Below are positions 1-9,143 of a DNA stretch of 35,235 nt, piece by piece (position 1 is the stretch's first letter; each line of letters begins with the position of its first letter). The notes beneath the pieces were generated by a model that saw only the letters and a list, made by a program, of their open reading frames with translations, had not been told where the DNA came from and ran no database searches. Made by a program: the position numbers and the translations under genes. This DNA comes from an uncultured Clostridia bacterium (GTDB lineage Bacteria; CAYTYR01; UBA6262): assembly GCA_964441745.1 (NCBI GenBank), contig CAYTYR010000018.1:1-35235 (forward strand). The letters are read 5' to 3'.

Positions 1-133
1 AAGGAAAGATGGCCTGAAAACGCAAGCGCAGCAATTGTACAGCAATTTCTCGTCTTTAATGAAAGCATAATTTTTTTTAGCCGCGCTGGTCAATATTTAG
101 GCAAAATATGGTGAATTTATAATATAGGCAAGT

Positions 134-177
134 CTATACTTGATTACAGATTACGAATTGAGATTACACAGATTAAA
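134..177. repeat. Dispersed ~45-bp repeat, copy 1 (ctatacttgattaca..gattacacagat)
   Basis: Closely similar to 31641-31686. The copies share CTATACTTGATTACA and GAGATTACACAGAT. Confidence 0.7.
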
Positions 178-193
178 AACGGATGGATCAATT

Positions 194-469
194 ATGATTA
201 CGGTGTTGATCGCGGAAAACGAAAGAAAGATCCAGGAAATAGTCAGCCAGATGCTCAAAGCTGAGGGCTATGGCGTAGTAGAGGAAAAAAGCGGGATCCT
301 CTATAAGACCGTTATGGCTAAAGTTGAAAAACAACTAATCGATTTTGTCCTGGAACAAACCGATGGAAATCAATTGAAAACCGCCAGGATATTAGGTATA
401 AATAGGAATACCCTCCGTACTAAGATCAAAAAGCTGGGAATTGACATCACGAAATGGAAGGCAGCGTAG
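194..469 (+). CDS. Small Fis/NtrC-family HTH protein (receiver-like N-terminal fragment plus HTH_8)
   Basis: The C-terminus VEKQLIDFVLEQTDGNQLKTARILGINRNTLRTKIKKLGI is the Fis/NtrC HTH signature. ATG 194 is preferred over TTG 140, which lies inside a dispersed repeat. The stop abuts the gltB ATG. Confidence 0.85.
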   Translation: MITVLIAENERKIQEIVSQMLKAEGYGVVEEKSGILYKTVMAKVEKQLIDFVLEQTDGNQLKTARILGINRNTLRTKIKKLGIDITKWKAA

Positions 470-3400
470 ATGAAACCACAAGGATTGTATGATCCGCGAT
501 ATGAACATGATTCCTGCGGGGTTGGCTTTGTCTGTAATATCAAGGGCCAGCGCTCCAATGAAATAGTCAAGCAAGGATTAGAGGTCCTTAACCGGCTGGC
601 GCACCGCGGGGCTACGGGCTCAGACCCCAAAACCGGTGACGGAGCCGGTATCCTGATCCAAATACCGCATGAGTTTTTTAACCAGGTTTGCCTGGGCACC
701 GGCATAAATTTACCTGCTGCCGGGAAATACGGCGCCGGCATGGTGTTCTTGCCTACAGATCCCGAAGAAAGGGAATACTGCAAAAAGAAATTCGCCGCGA
801 TCGTTCAGAATGAAAAATGCGACTTGCTGGGCTGGCGCGCAGTACCGGTAGATAATTCGGTCATTGGCAAGACTGCCCGCGAAACTGAGCCAGTGACCGA
901 GCAGGTATTTATCAGTTTAGCTGGTTCTAAAGCCGGACAGGACAATCTCTATCTGGAAAGAAAACTCTATATTATCCGCAAACTGGTTGAAAATGCGATC
1001 CGCGATTCACGCCTGCAACAGAAATCTTTTTTCTATATTACCAATTTGTCCAGCCGGACTTTCTCCTATAAAGGCCTCCTGATGCCGGAACAGGTCGCGG
1101 CATATTTTGTCGACCTGAAAAACCCGGTCCTGCAGAGCGCGATCTGCCTGGTGCATTCGCGCTACAGCACTAATACTTTCCCGACCTGGGACCTGGCCCA
1201 GCCGTTCCGTTTCCTGGCGCATAATGGCGAGATCAATACCCTGCGGGGCAATATCAACTGGATGCGGGCTAAGGAAGGATTGCTGAAAAGCAAATTATTC
1301 GGCGACGATCTGAAAAAGATCATGCCTACCATCGTGCCTGATGGCAGTGATTCCGCGTCTATTGATAATGTTTTCGAATTAATGGTTTTATCCGGGCGGT
1401 CTTTGGCTCAGGCCATGACCATGCTGATCCCGTCTGCCTGGGAACACAACGATTTGATGGACCAGCCATTAAAAGATTTTTATATGTACCATACCTGCCT
1501 GATGGAGCCCTGGGACGGCCCGGCAGCGATCGCTTTTACCGACGGCCGGCAGATCGGCGCGGTATTGGACCGTAATGGCTTAAGGCCGGCACGGTACCTG
1601 GTGACTAAAAATGACCTGGTGGTCATGGCGTCTGAGGTGGGAGTCGCAGATATACCACCGCAGGATATCCTGTATTCGGGCCGCCTGGAGCCGGGGAAAA
1701 TGTTCTTTATCGATACTGAAGCCGGCCGGATCATTGACGACCGGGAACTGAAAGAACAAATGTCCGGACGCAACCCGTATGGCGAATGGATCAAAGATAA
1801 TATGCTGGAACTGGATAGCTTGCCGGAAGCAGTGATGATGCCCCTGGACAAGAGTGCCTATTTAAAATCAACAGACATATTGACGGATCTGAAAGCGTTC
1901 GGCTACAGCCGGGAAGACCTGAAAACTATTATCAAGCCAATGGTCGAGAATGGCCAAGAACCAGTCGGGTCCATGGGCAATGATACGCCGCACGCGGTGT
2001 TGAGCAAAAAACCGCAATTACCCTATACCTATTTCCGGATGTTGTTCGCCCAGGTAACTAACCCGCCGATCGACCCGATCCGGGAAGAGCTGGTCATGAG
2101 CCTGGAAAGCTTTATGGGCCCGCGGAAAAATTTACTGGAAGAAGTTCCGCAGAATTGCCGCAAGCTCAGGGTATCCCTGCCAGTCATTACCAATGAAGAA
2201 TTATCCAGGATACAATCTATTAAAGAACAAGGATTCCGCGCCAAACGGATCTCCATCCTGTTTCCGGTCAAGGGGATAGAAGCGGAAGATGAAAAAGAAT
2301 TCCTGAAAGCTCTTGATCGTATCTGTGAGGACTCGCGCGTTGCGATCAGTGAAGGCTTTACTTTCATTATCCTGAGCGACCGGGGAGTCAGCCGGAATAA
2401 GGCGGCGATACCAGCTTTGATCGCTACCGGAGCGGTCCATCAATACCTGGTCAAAAAGGGCTTGCGCGCGCAGATCGCTATCATTGTGGAAAGCGCTGAA
2501 CCGAGGGAAGTTAATCATTTCACTCTCTTATTAGCCTTTGGCGCGGGAGTGGTAAATCCTTACCTGGCTTATGAAGCTATCGAGCACCTTATCCTGGAAG
2601 GGGATGTGCATCTCCGCCTGGATAAAGCAGTGGATAATTATATCAAGGCAGTTAATAAGGGTATTAAAAAAGTTCTTTCGAAAATGGGAATATCAACTTT
2701 GCAAAGCTACCGTGGCGCCCAGATCTACGAAGCCCTGGGGCTGGCTGATGACGTGATCGAGAGATGTTTTGCCGGCGCTGTTTCCCGTATCGGCGGGGCA
2801 AGTATGAAAACCCTGGCCCGGGAAACTATTTCGCGCCACCAGCAAGCGTATCCTTTGCGCGAAGAATTCAAAACTCCGTATTTGATCACCGGCGGGTTAT
2901 ACCAATGGAAACGGGATGGGGAGTTCCATTTATGGAATCCGGAAAGCATTGCCGCCTTGCAAGACGCAGCGCGCAACGGGGATTACCGGAAGTATAAAGA
3001 ATTTGCCGGCCTGATCAATGACCAGTCGGGACATCCGACTACTTTGCGCAGTTTGCTGAAATTTAAAAAAGCTAAACCGATTTCCGTGGATAAAGTTGAA
3101 CCAATTGAAAGCCTGGTCAAACATTTTGTGACCGGAGCCATGAGCTTCGGTTCGATCAGCAAGGAAACGCATGAAACCATGGCTATCGCCATGAACCGTT
3201 TGGGCGGTAAGTCCAATACCGGGGAAGGCGGAGAGGATCCAGCCAGGTTCGCGCCCTTACCGAATGGGGACTCGGCGCGCAGCGCGATCAAACAAGTCGC
3301 CTCCGGACGTTTCGGCGTGACCACTAATTACCTGGTCAATGCGGATGAAATACAGATCAAGATCGCCCAGGGCGCGAAACCAGGAGAAGGCGGACAGTTG

Positions 3401-5023
3401 CCGGGGCATAAAGTCAGCGCGATCATTGCCAAGACCCGTTACACTACTCCCGGGGTTACCCTGATCTCGCCGCCGCCGCACCATGACATTTATTCCATCG
3501 AAGACTTGGCTCAGTTGATCTTCGACCTGAAAAATACTAATCCTGCCGCGCGCATCAGCGTCAAGCTGGTCTCAGAGATCGGCGTGGGGACCGTAGCCGC
3601 GGGTGTCGCCAAGGGCCATGCTGACATGATCCTGATCTCCGGCGGGGATGGCGGCACCGGAGCATCGCCATTGAGCTCGGTCAAGCATGCCGGACTGCCC
3701 TGGGAACTCGGTTTGTCGGAAACGCACCAAACCCTGGTGCTCAATGACCTGCGGAGCCGGGTCCGCCTGCAGACTGACGGGCAAATGCGCACCGGCCGGG
3801 ACTTGGCTATTGCCGCAATGCTTGGAGCCGAGGAATTCGGTTTCGGTACCGCTGCCCTGATCGTCCTGGGCTGCGTGATGCTCAGACATTGTCACTTGAA
3901 TAATTGCTCAGTCGGGGTTTGCACCCAGGATGAGGATCTGCGCAAACGGTTCCGCGGCCAGCCGGAATACCTGGTGAATTATTTCCGCTTCGTAGCTGAA
4001 GAACTACGGGAGATCATGGCTGGGCTGGGTGTCTCTACCTTGGATGAGATGGTCGGCCGGACAGACCTGCTGGAACTGAACAAGGATCTGCTTGACTGGA
4101 AAACCAAAGGTCTGGATTATTCCCGGCTGCTCTATCAGCCGAAAACCAATAAAAATGTTGAAACGCACCAACTCATCAAGCAAAACCATAATATCGACCA
4201 GGTTCTGGACCGGCAATTGATCATCCTGGCCAAACCAGCCCTGGAAAATAAGGAACCAATCAAAGTGGAGCTGGCGATCAAAAATACCAATCGTACGACC
4301 GGGGCGATGTTGAGCGGCGAGGTTTGCAAAAAATATGGCGAAGCCGGTTTGCCGGAAGATACTATTAATTTTAAATTCAAGGGTATGGCTGGGCAGAGTT
4401 TTGGCGCGTGGCTCGCTAAAGGAGTGACCTTGGAACTGGAAGGCTTGGCTAATGATTATGTCGGCAAGGGCATCTCCGGCGGCAAGATCATAATTTATCC
4501 TGACCGGAAAACAGATTACCGGCCGGAAGAGAATATTATTATTGGGAATACTACTTTTTATGGCGCGATCACCGGGGAGGCCTATATTCGCGGCCGGGCC
4601 GGGGAAAGATTCTGTATCCGTAATTCCGGGTTGAACGCGGTAGTGGAAGGCGTTGGCGACCATGGTTGTGAATATATGACTGGCGGCAGGATCGTGGTGC
4701 TGGGCAGTACCGGGCGCAATTTCGCGGCTGGTATGAGCGGCGGTATGGCTTATGTGCTGGATGAAGACGGTAATTTCCCGGCCCGGTGCAACCAGGATAT
4801 GGTGGAATTGGATGTGATCACCGAGGAAGACGCGGTCACCATCAAACACTTACTAGATAATCATATAAGATACACTGGCAGTGAATACGCGCAAAAGGTA
4901 CTGGCAGATTTTGAGAACCAGCGTGGAAAATTTGTCAAGATCATGCCGCTGGAATACAAGAAGATACTGGAATCCAAGAAAAAAGCAGACAAGTTAGATC
5001 TAGAGCAGTCTTACGATGGTTAA
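470..5023 (+). CDS. gltB: Glutamate synthase large subunit
   Basis: 1517 aa. N-terminal EHDS-CGVGF amidotransferase, GAMSFGSIS, QGAKPGEGGQLPG, 3Fe-4S motif CVMLRHCHLNNC and C-terminal GXGXG repeats. Confidence 0.99.
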   Translation: MKPQGLYDPRYEHDSCGVGFVCNIKGQRSNEIVKQGLEVLNRLAHRGATGSDPKTGDGAGILIQIPHEFFNQVCLGTGINLPAAGKYGAGMVFLPTDPEEREYCKKKFAAIVQNEKCDLLGWRAVPVDNSVIGKTARETEPVTEQVFISLAGSKAGQDNLYLERKLYIIRKLVENAIRDSRLQQKSFFYITNLSSRTFSYKGLLMPEQVAAYFVDLKNPVLQSAICLVHSRYSTNTFPTWDLAQPFRFLAHNGEINTLRGNINWMRAKEGLLKSKLFGDDLKKIMPTIVPDGSDSASIDNVFELMVLSGRSLAQAMTMLIPSAWEHNDLMDQPLKDFYMYHTCLMEPWDGPAAIAFTDGRQIGAVLDRNGLRPARYLVTKNDLVVMASEVGVADIPPQDILYSGRLEPGKMFFIDTEAGRIIDDRELKEQMSGRNPYGEWIKDNMLELDSLPEAVMMPLDKSAYLKSTDILTDLKAFGYSREDLKTIIKPMVENGQEPVGSMGNDTPHAVLSKKPQLPYTYFRMLFAQVTNPPIDPIREELVMSLESFMGPRKNLLEEVPQNCRKLRVSLPVITNEELSRIQSIKEQGFRAKRISILFPVKGIEAEDEKEFLKALDRICEDSRVAISEGFTFIILSDRGVSRNKAAIPALIATGAVHQYLVKKGLRAQIAIIVESAEPREVNHFTLLLAFGAGVVNPYLAYEAIEHLILEGDVHLRLDKAVDNYIKAVNKGIKKVLSKMGISTLQSYRGAQIYEALGLADDVIERCFAGAVSRIGGASMKTLARETISRHQQAYPLREEFKTPYLITGGLYQWKRDGEFHLWNPESIAALQDAARNGDYRKYKEFAGLINDQSGHPTTLRSLLKFKKAKPISVDKVEPIESLVKHFVTGAMSFGSISKETHETMAIAMNRLGGKSNTGEGGEDPARFAPLPNGDSARSAIKQVASGRFGVTTNYLVNADEIQIKIAQGAKPGEGGQLPGHKVSAIIAKTRYTTPGVTLISPPPHHDIYSIEDLAQLIFDLKNTNPAARISVKLVSEIGVGTVAAGVAKGHADMILISGGDGGTGASPLSSVKHAGLPWELGLSETHQTLVLNDLRSRVRLQTDGQMRTGRDLAIAAMLGAEEFGFGTAALIVLGCVMLRHCHLNNCSVGVCTQDEDLRKRFRGQPEYLVNYFRFVAEELREIMAGLGVSTLDEMVGRTDLLELNKDLLDWKTKGLDYSRLLYQPKTNKNVETHQLIKQNHNIDQVLDRQLIILAKPALENKEPIKVELAIKNTNRTTGAMLSGEVCKKYGEAGLPEDTINFKFKGMAGQSFGAWLAKGVTLELEGLANDYVGKGISGGKIIIYPDRKTDYRPEENIIIGNTTFYGAITGEAYIRGRAGERFCIRNSGLNAVVEGVGDHGCEYMTGGRIVVLGSTGRNFAAGMSGGMAYVLDEDGNFPARCNQDMVELDVITEEDAVTIKHLLDNHIRYTGSEYAQKVLADFENQRGKFVKIMPLEYKKILESKKKADKLDLEQSYDG

Positions 5024-5027
5024 TGAA

Positions 5028-5130
5028 TACAAATTCCAATATCGAATATCTAAATCCTAAACAATTTCAAATCTCAAAATTAGAAATGTTTAAAAGATTA
5101 GGATTTAAAAATTAGAGTTTAGAGTTTGTT
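5028..5130. repeat. AT-rich imperfect inverted repeat with degenerate 7-nt periodicity
   Basis: TAAATCCTAA (5051-5060) pairs with TTAGGATTTA (5098-5107). The flanking arms align over about 33 nt and an inner stem is also present. Confidence 0.65.
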
Positions 5131-5142
5131 GTTGAGGTGATT

Positions 5143-6588
5143 ATGGGTGATCCGAAGGGTTTCTTAAAAGTTAAAAGATTAAAAATAAAATACCGGCCGG
5201 CGGGCGTGCGGACAAAAGATTACCGTGATGTGGTTGTCCCGCGTAAAGAAGAAGTGACGCAGGATCAGGCTTCGCGCTGTATGGACTGCGGCACCCCATT
5301 TTGTCACTGGGGCTGCCCGATCGGTAATCATATTCCTGACTGGAACGATCTGGTTTTCCATTCCCATTGGGAACGGGCCATTGAACTCCTGCACGCGTGC
5401 AACAACCTGCCGGAAATTACCGGCCGTTTGTGCCCGGCGCTGTGTGAGTTTGCCTGTGTGCTGGGTATTAATGATGACCCAGTCACGATCCGCGAGAATG
5501 AACTGGCAATCATTGAATATGCTTTCAAGATGGGACTGATCAAGCCACAGCCACCGCTGAAGCGTACCGGCAAAAAAGTCGCAGTGATCGGTTCCGGCCC
5601 GGCAGGGCTGGCAGCGGCTGACCAGTTGAACAAAGCCGGGCATAAAGTAACGGTTTTTGAAAAAGACGCCAAGCCTGGCGGCATTTTGCGCTATGGCATA
5701 CCTGATTTCAAGCTGGAAAAGAATATTCTGGACCGCCGGCTGGAGATCTATGCAAAAGAAGGGATTGAATTCCGCACCAGTGTAAGCGCGGGGAAAGATT
5801 ATCCTGCGGCTAAACTGCTAAAGGAATTTGACGCTGTTTGCCTCGCGGGGGGCTCGCGCCAACCGCGTGATCTTCAAATAGACGGGCGGGAAATGAAAGG
5901 CATTCATTTTGCCATGGATTACCTGACCCAATCCAATAAAAAGGTAGGCGGGGAAAAAATACCAGCCAGCCAATTGATCGATGCTAAAGGCAAGAAAGTG
6001 GTAGTGATCGGCGGCGGTGACACTGGCGCTGACTGTGTGGGTACGGCGCATCGCCAGGGAGCCAGCTGTGTGGTGCAGATCGAGCTGCTGCCGAAAGCGC
6101 CGGAATGCCGGACCGGGCAATTCCCCTGGCCCAAATACCCGATGTTGTTAAAAACTTCTTCCAGCCATGAGGAAGGCGGGGAAAGAGAGTGGGCCATCCA
6201 GACCAGGAGATTCAGCGGGGAAAAAGGACAGGTCAAACAGCTGGAATGCGTTCGCCTTGATTGGTCACAAAAAGATGACAAGGGATGCGCGTCACCTAAG
6301 GAAATAGCCGGCAGTGAGTTCAATATCCAGGCAGACCTGGTATTGTTGGCGCTGGGTTTCCTGCACCCGGAACCAAAGGGATTACTGGAAAAACTGAAAG
6401 TGGAGCTGGACCAGAGAGGTAATGTCCTGGCTGGCGAAAACCACCAGACCTCAATCAAGAAAGTATTTACGGCCGGGGATATGCACCGGGGCCAGTCCCT
6501 GATCGTCTGGGCCATATCCGAAGGCCGGACCGCGGCTTATCATATAGATAAGTATCTGCTGGGCAAGACGAATCTTCCCAAGATGTAA
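5143..6588 (+). CDS. gltD: Glutamate synthase small subunit (NAD(P)H)
   Basis: MGDPKGF start after GAGGTG. Motifs RCMDCGTPFCHWGCP, GSGPAG, GGGDTGADC and AGDMHRGQSLIVWAI. Confidence 0.98.
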   Translation: MGDPKGFLKVKRLKIKYRPAGVRTKDYRDVVVPRKEEVTQDQASRCMDCGTPFCHWGCPIGNHIPDWNDLVFHSHWERAIELLHACNNLPEITGRLCPALCEFACVLGINDDPVTIRENELAIIEYAFKMGLIKPQPPLKRTGKKVAVIGSGPAGLAAADQLNKAGHKVTVFEKDAKPGGILRYGIPDFKLEKNILDRRLEIYAKEGIEFRTSVSAGKDYPAAKLLKEFDAVCLAGGSRQPRDLQIDGREMKGIHFAMDYLTQSNKKVGGEKIPASQLIDAKGKKVVVIGGGDTGADCVGTAHRQGASCVVQIELLPKAPECRTGQFPWPKYPMLLKTSSSHEEGGEREWAIQTRRFSGEKGQVKQLECVRLDWSQKDDKGCASPKEIAGSEFNIQADLVLLALGFLHPEPKGLLEKLKVELDQRGNVLAGENHQTSIKKVFTAGDMHRGQSLIVWAISEGRTAAYHIDKYLLGKTNLPKM

Positions 6589-6603
6589 AATTTTCTTACT
6601 TGC

Positions 6604-6633
6604 TTGACAAAAGCTTATTATGGTATATATAAT
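6604..6633 (+). promoter_or_regulatory. Sigma70-type promoter
   Basis: Perfect TTGACA (6604-6609), 18-nt spacer, TATAAT (6628-6633). Confidence 0.75.
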
Positions 6634-6639
6634 ACTACC

Positions 6640-7740
6640 ATGGTAAAAATGTCTGATATCTTCAAAAAGATAGAGGAAAGAAAAAAAGAAGACAAGGCCA
6701 GTCAATCACCGCCTGTCCCGGCCACATCTCCGCCGGCTACTCCGATCAGCGCTCACCATGAAACCATTTTTCAACCTGCTCCAACTGTTGTAGAACAAAA
6801 AATAGATCCGCCACCCGTCAGCCAGGTGAAGAAGGACATAGATGTAGCTGCCTTCACCGAATGTGAAAAAGCCTATAATGATGCGCTGGCCTTAATGCAA
6901 GAAATCATGAGAGATGATGTGATATACGAGCTCATCGATATTCACCGGATAACTGCGATCATAGACAAGCTGATCGATCTATCCAAGACACATCCGGAGA
7001 AAATGACCGAGCTGGCTTTAAATCCGGATATGTGCACGCAAGCATCGTATATTTATTGCCATATGGTCAATGTCTGTATCCTCTCTATACTGCTCGGATT
7101 GGAATTGCATTATGAACCTTACCGGTTAAAAGAGATCGGGACCGCGGCTTTACTGCATGATGTGGGGATGGTCTTTTACCAGTCGATAATAAATAACCCT
7201 AATAAACTGACCCAGGATGAATTCGAGAAGACAAAAAGTCATACTATATTAGCAGCCAAAGTGTTAAACAGCATTAAAGGCATTGATGATATAACTTTTG
7301 TAGCAGCGCGGCAGCATCATGAACGTATGGATGGCAGTGGCTACCCGGACGGGCTCAAGGGGGACCAGATCCATGAATACAGCCGTATCGTCACTATCCT
7401 GGATATATATGAAGCCATGATGCACCAGCGGACGTATCGCGCAAAATTCCAAGCCCGGGAAACTATTCAAGAGATCTTAAAGAATAAAAATTATTATGAT
7501 AGCAGATTGATCAAGATATTAATAAACAGGATAGGTATTTTCCCTATTGGCAGCCTGGTCGAATTGAACACCAAGGAATTGGCTAGGGTGGTTAAAATAA
7601 ATTTTGATAATATCCTGCGGCCGGTAGTGAAGATCATTACTAATAGTAGCGGTGAAGAAGCAGCAGCAGCAGAAGAGAAAATAGTTAATTTGGCCACTGA
7701 GCCGGCACTTTGGATCAAACATATGGAAGATAAGGAATAA
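6640..7740 (+). CDS. HD-GYP domain protein (putative c-di-GMP phosphodiesterase)
   Basis: Motifs HMVNV, LLHDVG, HHERMDGSGYPDGL, DIYEAM and RTYR, with a Pro-rich N-terminal linker. Start moved to ATG 6640 because TTG 6604 is the -35 box. Confidence 0.92.
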   Translation: MVKMSDIFKKIEERKKEDKASQSPPVPATSPPATPISAHHETIFQPAPTVVEQKIDPPPVSQVKKDIDVAAFTECEKAYNDALALMQEIMRDDVIYELIDIHRITAIIDKLIDLSKTHPEKMTELALNPDMCTQASYIYCHMVNVCILSILLGLELHYEPYRLKEIGTAALLHDVGMVFYQSIINNPNKLTQDEFEKTKSHTILAAKVLNSIKGIDDITFVAARQHHERMDGSGYPDGLKGDQIHEYSRIVTILDIYEAMMHQRTYRAKFQARETIQEILKNKNYYDSRLIKILINRIGIFPIGSLVELNTKELARVVKINFDNILRPVVKIITNSSGEEAAAAEEKIVNLATEPALWIKHMEDKE

Positions 7741-7764
7741 CGCAGTTATTGACACGGAGGCAAG

Positions 7765-8061
7765 ATGACTGGCCTGGAAAAAGTATATGAAAAGAATGAG
7801 GATGTTGTTTTTCGCCAGATCGTCGACGAAGTAATCCTCGTGCCAGTCAGGAACAAGGTAGCTGACCTTAATTGTATTTATACCTTGAATGAAGTAGGGG
7901 CTTTTATCTGGAGCCAGATTGATGGTAAGAAAAGCCTGGCCAAAATTAGCGAATTGCTGGTTAACTCTTTTTCTGTAAGTAAAGATACAGCGCAGGAAGA
8001 GGTGTCTGCTTTTACCGGGCAATTAGAAAGCAAAAAACTAGTTGAAGAAATCAGGACTTGA
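7765..8061 (+). CDS. PqqD-family protein / stand-alone RiPP recognition element (RRE)
   Basis: 98 aa with a GGAGG RBS. The pattern FRQIVDEVILVP...YTLNEVGAFIWSQIDG...F..QLE is typical of PqqD/RRE. Confidence 0.92.
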   Translation: MTGLEKVYEKNEDVVFRQIVDEVILVPVRNKVADLNCIYTLNEVGAFIWSQIDGKKSLAKISELLVNSFSVSKDTAQEEVSAFTGQLESKKLVEEIRT

Positions 8062-8063
8062 TA

Positions 8064-9143
8064 ATGCCTTGTTCGCAGGTCCAGGAACTCAGTTATGCGG
8101 ATTTTTCCGCTGCTCTGCACGACAAAGCCGCTCGCTCTAGAGTACCCCTGTGCGGGGCCTTTACCTTAACCCAACGCTGTAATCTTAATTGTGTCCACTG
8201 CTATGAGGCGGTATACTCCGGCCAAAAAGAATTAACCACCAGCCAGGTGAAGTCGGTCCTGGATAAACTGGCAGAAGCTGGTTGTTTGTATTTGTTGCTA
8301 ACCGGCGGCGAGCCCTTGCTCAGGAAAGATTTTTTAGATATTTACCTGTATGCTAAAACCAAAGGGTTTATCATCACTCTTTTCACCAATGGCACATTAG
8401 TCACCCCGGAGCTGGCGGATGTTTTACGGGGTTATCCTCCGTTCCAGGTGGAAATCAGCTTATACGGCATCACCAGCCAAACCTATGAGAAGGTGACTGG
8501 CAGCGCAGAAGGACTGGACCTCTGCCTGCGCGGGATCCATCTTTTGCTGGACCGGGCAGTTCCCTTGAAATTAAAAACCACAGTTACCACCCTGAACCGG
8601 CCGGAATTATGGCTGATCAAAGAATTTGCAGAAAGAGAACTCAAAACTGATTTCCGGTTCGACGCTGTGATCTGGCCCAGGATAAACGGACAGAAAGAGA
8701 ATACTCATTGCCGGCTTTCTCCTGAGCAGGTTGTACAGCTTGATGTAGAGGATCAGAAGCGCTACCAGGGTTGGCAGGAATTCAATGAAAAGTTTGGCCG
8801 GCCGGTATATTCTGAAAAATTATTTCACTGCAATGCCGGCAGGATTTCCTTTGATGTTGATCCCTACGGCCAACTTAGATTGTGCGATATGCTGCGTTCG
8901 CCTTCATATGACCTGCTGTCAGGCTCTTTCCGTGAAGGATGGGATAAATGTTTTGCCCAGATATCTTCTGTGTCACGCCAAAAAAAGGATGAGCCCTGCG
9001 GACAGTGCCCGGATATATCTTTTTGTGATATTTGTCCGGCCTGGTCCCGTTTGGAAGGAGGTGAAGATGATTTTGTGGTAAATTATCTTTGTCAGATAGC
9101 AAAACTCAGGGCTGAAGAATTCAGAGGAGGAATAAATGGATAA
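8064..9143 (+). CDS. Radical SAM/SPASM peptide maturase
   Basis: CNLNCVHC (CxxxCxxC) and TGGEP. C-terminal 7-Cys SPASM: CNAG...PYGQLRLC...CGQCPDISFCDIC...YLC. Start is 8058 (TTG) or 8064 (ATG). Confidence 0.93.
   Translation: MPCSQVQELSYADFSAALHDKAARSRVPLCGAFTLTQRCNLNCVHCYEAVYSGQKELTTSQVKSVLDKLAEAGCLYLLLTGGEPLLRKDFLDIYLYAKTKGFIITLFTNGTLVTPELADVLRGYPPFQVEISLYGITSQTYEKVTGSAEGLDLCLRGIHLLLDRAVPLKLKTTVTTLNRPELWLIKEFAERELKTDFRFDAVIWPRINGQKENTHCRLSPEQVVQLDVEDQKRYQGWQEFNEKFGRPVYSEKLFHCNAGRISFDVDPYGQLRLCDMLRSPSYDLLSGSFREGWDKCFAQISSVSRQKKDEPCGQCPDISFCDICPAWSRLEGGEDDFVVNYLCQIAKLRAEEFRGGING

Noticed and set aside
10-24. Possible sigma54 promoter TGGCCTGAAAACGCA upstream of the nitrogen genes
   Set aside because: GG-to-GC spacing is 9 nt rather than the required 10.
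100-116. Possible NtrC-type site (GGCAAAATATGGTGAA)
   Set aside because: Only one half-site resembles TGCAC-N-GTGCA, which is too weak to call.
140-193. ORF-track TTG start giving a 109-aa protein
   Set aside because: The extension lies within the dispersed repeat. ATG 194 matches the domain start.
5023-5115. 30-aa ORF MNTNSNIEYLNPKQFQISKLEMFKRLGFKN as a real gene
   Set aside because: It lies wholly in a low-complexity hairpin and has no protein features. It is mentioned only within the hairpin finding.
370-6515. Many antisense or alternate-frame ORFs over gltB and gltD (e.g. 4004-4849), and similar ones throughout the window
   Set aside because: They are shadow ORFs of well-supported genes and have no recognisable motifs.
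7749-7754. TTGACA upstream of the RRE gene
   Set aside because: No -10 box at a suitable spacing. It sits directly before the RBS.
7765-9143. PQQ biosynthesis (pqqD/pqqE)
   Set aside because: No pqqB or pqqC, and the peptide lacks the PqqA ExxxY motif.
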